NCBI RefSeq assembly: GCF_018977255.1
Contig: NW_024704743.1
Span: 88,600,001 to 88,664,000 of the forward strand
Length of the DNA stretch: 64,000 bases
Direction of reading: 5' to 3'
From: Callorhinchus milii
Taxonomy: Eukaryota
Of this stretch, positions 39,602 through 52,818 are shown one piece after another (positions within the stretch are counted from its first letter, which is position 1; every line of letters begins with the position of its first letter). The translations under genes were made by a program, and so were the position numbers. A model generated the notes under the pieces. The model did no database searches. It was not told the origin of the DNA and worked only from the letters and a program-made list of their open reading frames with translations.

Positions 39602-40699
39602 TGATGCCCCGGGAGACGGTTACCGTGTTGGGCAATGCTTTGTCCCGGTCTCTCAGCCCCTCAGGTCTCCTCGCCTCCCGGCGCCAACAGCCTGAGGCTG
39701 TAACCCACACTCTGACCTCTTTGGAACCGGCCTCACCTGTCCAGGTGTTGGTGCACTGGAGCTGTGAATGGAAGAAAAGATTCAGGTGATGTGTAAAACT
39801 TGTCGATTCACAGGTCGGTGAGGTGTGAGGAGAGGGAAGGGTTTGCCATATGTGCTGGTGTTTGGGCTCAGATGTCCTCGTTTTTCAATTGTGCCATAGG
39901 GATCTGGAACATCCCCTGACATGATGCCAAAGAAAAATATCTCTCCCAAACATCATGACATCTTTAACATCTGCCCGAACGGGCAGACCTCGGAAGTCCT
40001 ACCTGAAGTTCCGAGCTCGGCCCCTCAGGTGGACGTTAAAGATCCGTTCAAAAAGAAAAGGGAGTTATGCTTCCAGTGGCCAATATTTCCCCCAGATACA
40101 GTTGGGCCTGGTGGTCTTTGTGGTGTACAAAATGATGTCTGTGGTTACTTACAAAAACATTCAGTACATTTGACAGAAAGCACTTTGGCGCATTAAGGCA
40201 CTATTAAAAAGTTCTAGGGTATTTTGCAATGATCTCCCTTTTGTTTATGTGTGTCAATACCATGGATGGTGTGTGTGTTTAGACTTTATTATAGTACTTC
40301 TATGTTTTTTTCACAGACCGCCCAGCTGTATCTCTGGAGATTATCATGCTTTAGGTCAGGAGCTGCAGCAATATTGTTCTGACAATGCATGAGGTCTATC
40401 TAATGAAAGTTTTTCTCTCTCCTAAAAGATAAATTAGAAAGACATCATGTATTGCGAGAACAATAGCCCAAAGCCATANTTTTTTTCTGATTTGAGTTCA
40501 GCTGCTGTAAATGAAAATGTTTGCAATATCACTTTGCAAACTTTGTATTCATTGAATTGCTTTGAATCCATTGCACAAATACATGCGAAGCAATAATATT
40601 TGCAAGGACTAACTGGTTTGATTAAGCCATTCCACTTTTGGAAATGATGTAATTTGACCAGGAAGAATTGTACGTAATTGGACGAGAGTTCAGAGGGGC

Positions 40700-41082
40700 C
40701 TTGGCCTTTTCATATTGGGAGGACTTCTGAAAGCGCTTCACAAGATTTACTGTAGTGACTATATTTTACAGGCAAACATGACACAATTTGCACACAAAAA
40801 ATTCCCACAAACAGTTATGAAGTTAATGCCCAATTTTATTTGGGGGATTGTTGGCCTGAACACTAGGAGAAACTCTTCTCTTCTGAACAGTGACACAAGA
40901 TCTTAATGTCCGCCTGAACAGGCAGATGGGACCTTGGTTTGCAGCCTCATCCAAAAGCCGGCACCTCGAACAATGCAGCACATCTCCAGCAATGTCAGCC
41001 TAGACTGTGAGTTCCCTACGTGGGGCTTGAACCCACAACCTTCTGACTCAGAGCTGAGAGTGCTACAACTGAACCAGGCTAA
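40700..41082 (-). mobile_element. Old Deu-domain SINE
   Basis: Same motifs as 18541; further degraded copies near 11990-12200, 31130-31400, 42900-43135, 45800-46120, 48860-49370, 50870-51185, 52078-52350, 54140-54400. Confidence 0.72.
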
Positions 41083-44000
41083 TGACACAAATTGGCTTTG
41101 CATCAGTTGCACTACATTTGCAAATGGTGTGAAGCTGTAGTGTAACTGATCCAAAGCTCTGGTATGCGATTGTCTCCTTCAGGTGCTGCACCCTCACCCC
41201 TACACCATCCCTCCCCCATGCTCCGGCTCCGACATCTGACTGTTCAGCACTTTGGGATGTCCTCCCGACGTGAAAGACGCTTTATAAATGTGTTGTTGTT
41301 GTTGCTTGCTCAACTATCCAGAGCCAAGCATTTGGATATCTTGCCTCTATTCTGAAATTATTTTCCAAAACCACTTCACCATAACTACTTTATTCTCTGC
41401 TTTCACAATCCTTCTAAATATGTTCTCTCTTTTGTCTGTATCTTTGTTCAGGACCTTTATCTATCTTAGTTCCCTGCTCGGTAACTATATTTGCCACTTT
41501 CATTTGAAGACGCCTCTGTAAATGCAGTACCCCTTCTGGATACAATATGTTGGCTGCTATTGCAAGTAATAAATAGCACTCATAAAATCTGTAGCTGAGC
41601 AAACTACACTATCCAAAGAGAACAGTTATCTTAACAGCTGTTTCATAAAGTGAAAGAATTGGTAGGTGTAGAAAAGGAAAATCAAAACCCGTTGCTAAGT
41701 TTTATTTCAAGTGGGAAAGAAAAAGCAAGTTGGTGATGCTTTGATTTACACATTGCTGTATGTGTCCCACATGGTGCAGGCCTACCTCCCATGTGTGTTT
41801 TAATGTGAATGAGATTCAATGTGTTGCTCTGTGGTGTGCTGTTGCATCAGATATAGAAACTACATTCACAGTTGGGCTGCATCTGTTCGAGAGATGAAAA
41901 GAAGAAATGTGAATGCCGGAAATCTGAGAAACTGTGATGTTGGTCAATCACAGAAAGCTGATCAGTGTTTGAAAGAGAGGGCAGATTTTTTGAATGAGAA
42001 ATTTACTTTGAGCATTTGTTTTGAAAAGTCACACTTGATATTTGTATGATATCAGATGCCGTGCATTTCAAGTATCTTATTTTCACTACTCTACCTTGCA
42101 GCACCGAGGATTTGTTCTGCAAAACCGGAAAGATTCTCCTAGCCAGCTCCAGGAAGCAGTGATTTACAAAACTGATCTCTGAGAGAGCAGGTGTAAAGCT
42201 GGTGGAGATTGCCAACACCCAAGCGTGAAAGACGCTGTGCGCAATGATTATGAGACAGCTATTAATCAGATGTGGTAGATTTGGAGAATTGGAGTCACCT
42301 GCTTCTCACTGTTTCTAATGCCATAGACCCATTACATATAACGTTCAAATGTGAGCTCCCCCTCTGCAGGAATAGTCCATAAATGTACCAATCTCCTTTT
42401 GGGTCTTTATGTGAGGCAAAGGTGAAGCATGATTATAAACTTGTTAAGGGAGCATGGTTGGGAGCCTAGGTTAGGTTGTAAAAGTATCATGGGGTTTCAA
42501 CTTAAACCAGTAGTGAAGTGTTTATAAAGAGAGCTTATATGTCACTTATTTGTGATTGGAACAAAAGCTTAGCTTAGATCCCTTGATCACTTGATTTCAA
42601 CAAAGATAACTCACCAAAAAGTATGCCGTTATACATAATGTTATACATTCTATTATACATAGGAGATCTTATTGGACAGTTAGTAGTTAGTTGAACAGTA
42701 AGTAGCTGGGAACAAATATAAGCAATAATACTTGCATTTGCAAATGTATTATCAGATCTGAGTGAGTGTTTCTGTGGAAGAATTCATATATTAGAGGCAA
42801 GAGGAAATCCGTAGTACAATGATGATGGGTTTTGGTGAGAACACTTATGTAGGCTCAGTGGGTGGTAATATAAATAATAATATTTCACAAATAGACATGA
42901 AGTGAATGGTCAAATTTATTTGGGGATTATTGGCCAGGAAACTGAAAGAAACTCCCTTCTCTTTTCAAATAGTGTCGCAGGATATTTAACATGCACCTGA
43001 ACAGCTGGGTGGGACGTTGGGTTAACATCTGATCAGAAGGATCCCCAGCCTGGAGTTATCAGCCTAGACTGAGCTGAAAGTCATAACATGGGGCTTGAAC
43101 CCTCAACCTTCTGACTCTGAAGCGAGAGGACATACTCATTTGCATATCTTATGGGAATGCAGAGTCTTGGATAGTTTGTAGGATTTCTAAGACAGAACAT
43201 GCAGCCAACCAGGCAGCCAGGTATCAATTCTGGTAATGCTGTTGGTTAGACACACAGAAAGAAGAGGCACAGGCTATGGCTGTCAGTGCTGCATGTAAGG
43301 AATCATGGAAAAGTTTGTAACTCCATCCAATGCTGAAGTGCTGCAATCTGTTGCAAAACTTGTCATGTGAGGGAAAGAGTGTCTGGGGTGGAATGTAGGT
43401 TTTGGAAAGGACCTGGACCTTTAAATGGGGAAATAAAGATAGAAATCTGCTGAGGTAGCAGAAGTGTAACTTGTAGGAAAAGGACAGTTTGGAAGCAAGT
43501 GGTTATCACACACACCACAGGATTAATTTATGACGAAAAGTGGAAGATCTTATTGTAGCAGAACAAGATGTTCTTAGTAAGGGATAAGGGAAACTACAAG
43601 CCAGTCGGTTATACTAGTTCAATGTAATTGGAGCAACCGTGCTTTGGTTACACTTAGAGATTAAAGTGCTAAGGTTACTTTACAAAAAGGAGAAATGTTA
43701 CAAAGAAAAGGGAGTGGTAGCAATATGAATGCATGGTTTTGTTTCAAAATAAATAATAGATGATTTACCTGACAAGGTGTAATTAGTTAGGGATACACAT
43801 AAGAATAAAGAAAGTGATTAATTGATGCGGCCCTTCTCTTATAATGTGACCAGGAAATACTTTTGGAGAAAAGGGAGGCCTGGCAAAAAGACAGCATTTG
43901 TCACCAGGCTGTGAATGTCCCAGATCCTGACTAGGATAATAACACCAGCAAGATTGAAGTGTATGTTCCTGGAGTGAGTGCATGACTGCATGGGTGAACA

Positions 44001-44349
44001 GCGTATTTTACAATTACAAAATCTTGGCTATCCTGGACTTAACCTTGGGAAGCAAGTCAAGTATAGGAAAGTTGGGGAGCATCTTAAGATATTGTGCTGT
44101 GCAAAGGGCCTAAATAAATGCAGTTGTGGTCATTGTTTTTATAAAGGAAGATGGAGATTTGCATAAATTTACGATCTGCTTTCAAAATTAACTGTAGGGC
44201 AAGGTACAGGTAACCAACATGGCTATAATTTGGTTAAGGTGCTATTTAGCCCAAGAATTTATCAGCTTCAAAAATATAGATTCACAAATTTAAAGTAAAT
44301 GAAAATAGAATATGTTGAAGCTTTAGTTGATGAATAACTATGGCAAGGG

Positions 44350-44670
44350 TACAACAACAACAACAAATGACATGTGTACTGCACCTTTCACTCAGAGGAC
44401 GTCCCAAAGCACTGGACAGTCAGGGTACCACACCCGAGTTGGTGATTGGGATCAGACGGGGTGGAGGGAAGAGGAGGGTCTTCAGATGGTCTTGAAGGAG
44501 GTAAGGGAGGGTTGAGGCAGAGGGACTGTGGGATGGAGTTCCAGAGGGTGGGAGCAGAGAAGCTGAAGGTCTGCCCGTCAGTGGTGGAGCGGGTAAGGCG
44601 GGGACGTGAAGCAGGCCCGAGTCTGCTGAGCAGAAGGAGTGAACGGGTTGGTAGGGGGTTAGGAAGTCAT
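44350..44670 (-). mobile_element. L2 3' end
   Basis: Tail and gagggactgtgggatggagttccagag segment. Confidence 0.75.
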
Positions 44671-46909
44671 AGAAGAGCCTTCCTAGATAACATCAGGGAT
44701 GAGAGGTTATATGGGAACACTTTGGAGTACAGCTCTGGAGCACTCTCCCTCAATCCCTCTGCCTTGCCCTCTCTCTCCCCTTTTTCAATTCCTGCCTGAA
44801 AACCTTCCTTTTCGACAGGTCACCACATGAATATCACAAGAACTAAGGTCAAAGCTTACGAGATATGTATGTTTTATACAGAGGATTATTAGGTCGTGGA
44901 ATGTCTTATGTAAAATGGTGATTGAAGACAAATCCATATTAACTTTTAGGAATTAGACAAATATTTGAAAAGGGAAAGTTATTTTGGAGAAAGGGTAGGT
45001 AAGGCAGGGGAGTGAGACAACATAGATCAGTTTTTTAGCAAGTTGGTGCAAACAGCCAATATGCAGTGGGTGCGATAGGTGTGAATTTTCAAAATGTAAC
45101 AGTTTGCTGGTGATTGCTGTCTGAAGTAGAGGAATATACCATAATTTCTCACTTTAAACAATATTCTTAAACAATCTAAGGCACAGAGGAATTCCGGGAG
45201 ATTATTTCCAGTTGTGTTATTTAATTCCATTTCTTCACGAATCAGGTGAGCAATTATGAACCCTTCAAAAGAGAGTGCAAAGGCAGCTTAAAGGCAATTT
45301 GATGCAACACATTCATTCCCAAATTAATTTCTGCCTTAGCCTCTTTATTGCACCCACGCAGAGATCACTGAAGAAAACCAGAGCACAATCTGGGTTTCAA
45401 CCTCCCAACAGCTACAGCTCCTGCCAGGCTCCCTGTTCCCAATTCCATCTTTCACGCTGACTTGTTTTTTTAAAATCTGGAGCTCACCTTTCCATTCTGC
45501 TACTGCTTTTGAGCGTACACAGTTTCAGCAGGGAAGGAGGACATTCAGTGCATCGTGTCTGCACCACTGCTACCTCTGTGTTTTTGAATTGCAAGCAGGA
45601 AGCGCACAGCCCTTTTAATTTAGTTGGAGGTTCCAACTTGGTCTTACAATAACCCATGTTATGGAGGATTCTAGGTATAACTCACAACATCACTTGGGCA
45701 GCAGTCAAATGAACTGTTGAAAGGAAGTATTCCAGATCAACAGCCCAGAACACGAGTGCTGCAAAAAGTTAATTACATCCGGCTTTTACTAAGTGATTCT
45801 CCAATACAGTGCTGAATTGGGTGGTTCTGTGTTGTTCTTAAGATGAGATGTTAAACTGAGATCCTGTCTGCCTGACTAGGTGGACATTAAAAATCCTGGG
45901 GCACTATCGAAAAGGGAAGAGAGTTTCTCCCAGAGTCCTGGCTAACAGTCCCCTAGATAAAATTGGTCCTTCATTTCTAGGCTGTTTGAGGGACATTGTG
46001 CAAATTAGCTGAGGCGTTCATCTACAAAATACCCAATGACTATGCTTTATGGTAAAATTCTGTGAAGCATCTTGTGTCTTCCCTTGACATGAAAGGTGCT
46101 ATATCAAATACAAGGATTAATAAATATGGGAATTATTGTTCTTATTCATATTGAAAATGCAAACCAGAAAAATAATGTATTGTGAAGCAAACTTGGTGTA
46201 CAGTTATATCTTGAGCTTTCGCCTTTCTTAACCTGCCACAGCTCCAAAGGTTTTCAAACATGCCTGACTGAACAGTTTTCAAACTCTTCGACAGTCTGTA
46301 CTTTTAAGCTGTTGATGATTAGAATTGTTTTTTGTGTGGAAATTGACCGATGCTGTTAAAGTTCATTAATAGTCCTATTGTGCCTACCGAGGTGGAGAGT
46401 AAACTGGTGTGAGATCTAACCTGGGCTAACCAGGCCATCTTCCTCCAGTTAGCACATAGTATTGTAAACCTCAGGGTAGGGTTAGGGTGGAGGGAAAACA
46501 ATATAGAAATGTACAGCACTGGAAGATAACCAAAGTTGTATCGCTGGCTAATTTTGCAATTTATAGACTTGCCTTTATCAGAAGTTATAAAGGCAGATGG
46601 TTGATCCATCTCTTTGTCTGTGCCTCAGTCACCTTCACCCCCTCCCCCACAACTTCTCAAAGCACTTGGGCAACTTGGTCTTTGCAAAGCACTTTGAGAC
46701 ATCCTTCCTCTGAGAAAGATGCTGTGCAGGTGCAAATCATTGTTGTGTTTGCATATGAACCAATATTGACGTGGTGTTACTATATCCTTCATTCAATGGG
46801 CCTTCAGTGCTCTGTTTCATTTGTATAACATCAGATGAGTTGGCGAATACGCGTGGGAAAGGAAGTAAATCTTACATTTGTGGTTTTGTAAGAATTATGC
46901 ACGTAGCTA

Positions 46910-47665
46910 ACAATGACAACAACTTGCATTTGTATAGCGCCCCTCATGCAGGGTAGCGTCCCAGAGCACTTGCCAATAGCGGAGCACGACGCCGAACCAG
47001 GGGGAGTTGACCATAGATGGTCACATAGGAAGCTCTTCAGGCGCAACTTGAAGATGGGGAAGGAAGGGGCAAGGGGGAGGGATAGATTAAGAGTGTTTCA
47101 GAGTTTTGGGGTGTAGTGGCTGAAAAGCGACCATCAACGGTGGAACAGCGAGCACGAGGGACATGCAGAAGACTGGAGTCAGTTGAGCAGAGGCAGTGAG
47201 TTGTGGGCTTAGCAGGTCAGAGAGATAGGGAGGTGACAGGGCATGAAGGGATTTGAAAACGACTGTGAAGATCTTGAAATCGATCCGTTCAGCACTAGGG
47301 AGCCAGTGTGATGGAACGGAGTTTAGTATGGATGAGTGTGGGCGGCAGAGTTTTGAATTGGCTGGATCCTGTGCATGGTGGAGCTGGGAACTTGGGAAGT
47401 GGAGTCAGGAGGTGACAAACGCAGAACGAGTGTTTCAGCTGCATCTGTGGTAAGGTACGGTCGGTAGCGGACAATGTGGCAAGGTGGAGGAAGGCAGTGC
47501 TAGTCAGGGACCGAACGTGGGGAAGGAAAGACAGCTGTGGGTTGAACCTGACCCTGAGGTTGCTCACTGGTTTAGTACTAAGGGATAGGCCGGGGAGGTT
47601 GAGGAGCTTCCGGATAGAAGACATTGACGGGAGCCAATGAGTTTGGCTTCCATCCTGTCAACAAG
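46910..47665 (-). mobile_element. L2 3' region (subfamily like 820-2095)
   Basis: Similar to 890-1610. Confidence 0.8.
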
Positions 47666-48090
47666 CAGCCAGATAGTTTCCTACATCAGTATTTCCTGAG
47701 CATGTGTTAAGAGCTGCATAATGTGGATATACTTCCGTTACTTAAATTGCTCTATTAAACTTTTCAGTTGGTAACCAGTTTTTTTTACACTTGTAAAAAA
47801 AATGTAACAGCTGTTGTACCAGAATGCCCTATTTGTACGTGTTCAGTAAGATGAGCTCTGTGTATTTGTGGTTGATAAAACTTCTGATGAAGGCAAGCAA
47901 ATTATGACCACCAACAGGTGCTTATCTCTGAGAATTTCTCTACATCTGTGGGCTGGGGGTCAGCCACGGATGACCTCACAACAGTAACCAGTAAAATGAG
48001 ATTGACCACTTGTAAATATTACTCACTGTCTCTGTTAGAGCAGCTTTTAAAGCACATACTATCCACCCCCAAACAAAAATTCTGTTTATC

Positions 48091-48150
48091 TGTGTGTGTG
48101 TGTGTGTGTGTCTGTCTGTGCGTGTACGTGTGTGTCTGTTTGTGTGTGTG
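48091..48150. repeat. Imperfect (TG)n microsatellite
   Basis: Direct reading. Confidence 0.9.
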
Positions 48151-48154
48151 CATG

Positions 48155-48510
48155 TTTAGTGGTTAGTGCGCTCACCTCACAAGCTACAGGACCTGGGTCC
48201 GATTTCCAGCAGGGCAAAACGTTGGGCAAGTTTCCTACCTCCACACATCTCTGTATACTTAGCAGTAAGTAGGAACCCGGTTGTTAGTTGATTGATTGAT
48301 TGACGGATCACTTTCCAGGGGTAATAATTCCCTCCCTCCTCCCCCAAAAATGGTCACTTAATCCCCGACTGTTTGTGGGATACTGCTGTGCACAATTGGC
48401 TGCCGCGTTTCGCCCACAAAATACACAATCAGTATATTCTGCGAAGTGCTTTGAGACGTCTCGAAGACGTGATACGGCGCTATATCAAATGCAAGGATAA
48501 TTATCATTAT
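48155..48510 (+). mobile_element. tRNA-derived SINE, long form, diverged
   Basis: Contains tagcagtaagtaggaacc segment, Deu-like body and tail. Confidence 0.82.
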
Positions 48511-50284
48511 AAAATGAATCCCGAAGCATTATTATAGCAATAATTCACGTTAGTCCTTACAAATGGAAGAAAAATAAATATTATGGTACTTTTGTTTAAA
48601 TTATAATTGAAGTGTTTTTAAAAAGCAACTCATTGGAAATATTCAAATGGTTTATTTTACTTCAAGAGAGCTTTCATCTTTCCATTCCTCCTATCTGGTG
48701 ATCAGTAGTGCAGTCAGGCCAGCCAGCCAGAGATGCCAGAAGATATTGCCGCTATGCTGTCCCTATACCACCTGCGCTGTTGCTTTCAGCTCTTCATGTA
48801 CAAAGTCGCTTTGCTGAAACCTAATGTTCCTGCAGGGAGTCCAATCCTCATTCTGTGTTATTGGGTTCAAGCCTCATATTGTGTCTTAGAACTCACATGG
48901 TCTAGGTCAGTGTTCCAGGTGCAGTACAGGGGACATGCTGCAGTGTTGGAGGTGCTGTCCTTTGAGTGAAGCTAAGCCCATTCGGCCTATACAGATGGAT
49001 GTTAACGATCCCATGGCATATTTGAAAAGTTAAGGGGGTTTCTCCCGGTGTCCTGGGCAAATAAAATTGCCATGAAAGATGCCTTATCGATGCAAATTTG
49101 TTATTTGTGTTGTTGGATAAATAATAATTTAATCCTTGCAATTGATATAGTGCCTTTCATGTCTGGAAGATGTCTCAAAATGCTTTTCAGGATTTACTAT
49201 TGTGTATTTTGAAGGTGAATATTGCAGCCAATTTCCACACAGCAATGTACCACAAACAGTCATGAATTGATAGACCATTTTTTTTATTTGGGGGATTGTT
49301 GGCCAGGAAACTGGAAGAAACTCCCTTCTCTTTTTGAGTAGTGCCATAGTTAACATCTGCCTGAACAGCCAGGATAAACTGGATTAGAAAGGCACTGCAC
49401 TTGGAGCTCTTTTTGGTGTAATTATGAAAGCTGATTTGTATAGTACAATAGTGTTCTTAATGCCTAACACTTTGTAAATTGTGTAATAAACTTTGTAAAT
49501 AAACTGCAGCACACTAGTATCTATTTTACTACACTATCTGCTGGTCCTTCCACATAACTGTGTTTGGAAAGATGTGTTGGTGTGTAGAGAGTACAACATA
49601 TTTCTGGTTAAACACAGACTTATTATTCCCCTGGGTCACTGCTGGTATTGTTTGTGTAGTCAGAGCACTGACAGTAGAACAGATTGTCGGGAACGAGAGG
49701 CACTTCTTACACGACCATCTGTGGAATTTCAGAGAAACTGCACTGGAAGAGTAATGTTTTTGTTGTCCTCCCAACTGGTGCCCCAAATCTTCCATGTTCG
49801 AAAAGCCTATAATTCCTGCTTTCCTCTGGGTCCAGTTCTCAGCATCATATACAAGTGTATATTGAATGTGAGTCTTGTACTCTCAACTGGTGCAATATTA
49901 TTATATGCCTGACTGATTCAGTATGCTTTAGCTCCTTATCATTAGACTATATTTTATTGTAAATAAAATATTGAAGTGACCAGTATTTATTTAAGGGTAT
50001 TATAAATGATAATATGATTAGACTTTGTAAAGGCCCTGATAGTAAAACATTACTGTTGTTGATGGCAGATCTAGTTTATTTTTATTGTCCCCACTTCCAC
50101 CTTTGATATTTGTTTTTAATGCCCTGCTGAGCTGCAGCGCTTGCTTACAGTAGCCTAACTCGTGGCAACGCTAGACTTGCGGTTATATTAAGCCACTTGT
50201 AACTGCGAGACAAATAGAAATCTATAGATTTTGCAGAATAGTTTGTTTTGTGGCCCTTTTTGTTTAGTGGAGCCAAGTACTAAA

Positions 50285-50665
50285 GTGGAGTCCTGTAGCT
50301 CAGTGGTTAGAGCACTCGCCTCGCAAGCAAGAGACCTGGGCTCTATTCCTGGGCAGGGTGAAATGTTGGGCAAGTTTCCTTACTCCACACGCCTCTATTT
50401 ACCTAGCAGTAAGTAGGAACCTGGATGTTAGTCGATTGGTGGATCGTATATCTGGGGATAATAATTCCTTCAAAACAAACAATAATAATAAATTGGTCAC
50501 TTCAATGCACGACTGTTTGTGGGACGCTGTTGTGCGCAATTGCCTGCCGCGTTTCATCCACAAAATATACAATTGATTCACTTTACAGTATATTCTGTGA
50601 TGTGCTTTGAGACGTCTCGAAGAAGTGATAAGGCGCTATATCAAATGCAAGGATTATTATTATTA
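50285..50665 (+). mobile_element. tRNA-derived SINE, long form
   Basis: Same head and tail plus an extra ~65-nt internal segment (ctatttacctagcagtaagtaggaacc...). Confidence 0.88.
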
Positions 50666-52486
50666 GTAGTAGTCGTTGTAAATGTGAGCAATGTATTGCC
50701 TGAGCTCAAATGGGAAATGCTATGTTTGTAAATGCTGGCAAAGTAATTCCCGAGCGTGGGAGTGATTTTTCCGGCAGCAGGTGGTACTTTATTGTTGCAG
50801 CTGTGCCAATCTCCACGGATTGAGATTATATCCATCTCATCTCAGATGTGATCTTGTGGTGGTTCGAGGTGCCCTGCATTTGATGTAGCATCTTTCACGT
50901 CAGGAGAACGTCGCAAAGCGCTTCATAGGATTTACTGGAAAGTATAGTGGATGTTTTTTGTAGGTGAACGTGACAGTCATTTTGCGTACAGCAATATCCC
51001 ACAAAAACAGCAAGAAAGTGAATGACCAATTTTATTTATGGGATTGTTGGCCAGCACACCGGTGTAACACACCCTAAGCACTGCATTGGAGTGTCATCTT
51101 AGACTATGTGAGTTCCAGATCCTGACGCGGGACATGAACCCGCAACCTTCTGACTCAGAGGCAAGAGTGCGAGCGCTGAGCCAAACTAACAATGCCTCTA
51201 AAGGTATGATGAACCATTTATGGTAGATTTGAAAATTGATAGATTTCTTGTGGATAAAGGGATTAAGGGATTGGGGATAAAGCGGGTAGGTGGAGTTAGA
51301 ATAGATCTGGCATGATCTTATTGAATGGTGGGGCAAGCTCGAGGTGCCGAATGGCCTACTCCTGCTCCTAATTCTTATGTTCTGTGTTCTTATGTTCTTG
51401 TCCTGGCTCGTGGGCAGGGTGCTCTGAGCTGGACCAAGCAGAAGGAAGCTTACCAGTGTTGGCAAGCTGTGAAGTATTAGGTTAAACTCTAGCAGTACTC
51501 TACTGCATACTCTGGGAACCATAATTCTTGTCTGTTGCTAATCTGCGTTGAAACTAACTCTCTGCGAGGAGGTGAACGGGGGGTGTCCCTTCAGGGAGAG
51601 TGCATATTCTATATTAAATAAACAGAAATTTCTATAAATAAGTGGAACACTCAGTCTGGTTTTGATACTCTTTAAGCATGGTGCTGAGTTTCTCTGTATG
51701 TCTCCCTCAATCCCTCTCTCAATCCCATTGCCGTGCCCCCTCTTTCCCCATTTTCAGGTTGCGCCTGAAGACCTTCCTCTTCGACCGTGCGTATGGTCAC
51801 CTTTCCTCTCCCCCTGGCTTGGCATCGGGCTCCACCATTGTTAACCACTCTGGGATATCACCCAGCATGGAGGGCGCTATATAAATGCAAGTTGTTGTTG
51901 TTACGTCACACAACTGGCTGACCAAAAACAAAACCTGCTAAATAATTCCAGTGGGGTCTGGTACTGGGGAGGTGGGGAAAGAGGAGAGTAAAGAGTTGAA
52001 ATGGAAAACTAATTGTGATTTGGTATGTAATGCTACATTATATAAGCTTTTGTAAGCTTTCCCTTCTGCATCATCTGTCAGTTGGTAGCACTCTCAACTC
52101 TTGAGTCAGAAGATTGTGGATTCAATCTCCCCATGAGCCCTATAAACTCACAACATAGGCTAAACTGCATCACAGTAGCCAACAATTCCCTCAAATAAAA
52201 TTGGTCATTCACTTCATACCTATTTTGGGGCATTGCTGTGTGCAATTTGGCTGTCATATTCATCTACAAATACACAGTCACTACCTTTACAATATACCCT
52301 GTGACGTCCTTCTGACATGAAAGGTGCTATATTCAGTGCAAGGATTATTATTTGTATTAGTGTCCTGTTGCCCCCGCAATAGCTTGCATTTATGAGAACA
52401 AGCTGAAGAAGATGCTGCAATCCCAAGTAGCAATGTACTACGTGGATCTAAAAACTGAAATGAGGAAATGAAAGGGATTTACAGAG

Positions 52487-52818
52487 TAATAATAATAATA
52501 ATAATAATAATAATCCTTGCATTTGATATAGCGCTTTTCACGTCGGGAGGACGTCCCAAAGCGCTTCACAGAACACACTGTAAAGTGAATTGACTGTATA
52601 TTTGTGGGCGAACGCGGCAGCCAATTGCGCACAGCAATGTCCCACAAACAGTCGTAGATTAAAAATGACCAATTTTATTGTTGTTTTTGGTTTTGGAGGG
52701 ATTATTATTAGGCGTGTGGAGTAAGGAAACTTGCCCAAGGTTTCGCCCTGTCTGGAATTGAACTCAGGTCTCTCGCTTGCAAAGCGAGTGCTCTAACCAC
52801 TGAGCTACAGGACTCCAC
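52487..52818 (-). mobile_element. Young tRNA-derived SINE
   Basis: Reverse complement, near-identical to the 9266 copy. Confidence 0.92.

Noticed and set aside
40479..40479. Single N base
   Set aside because: Assembly ambiguity; only indicates local sequence uncertainty
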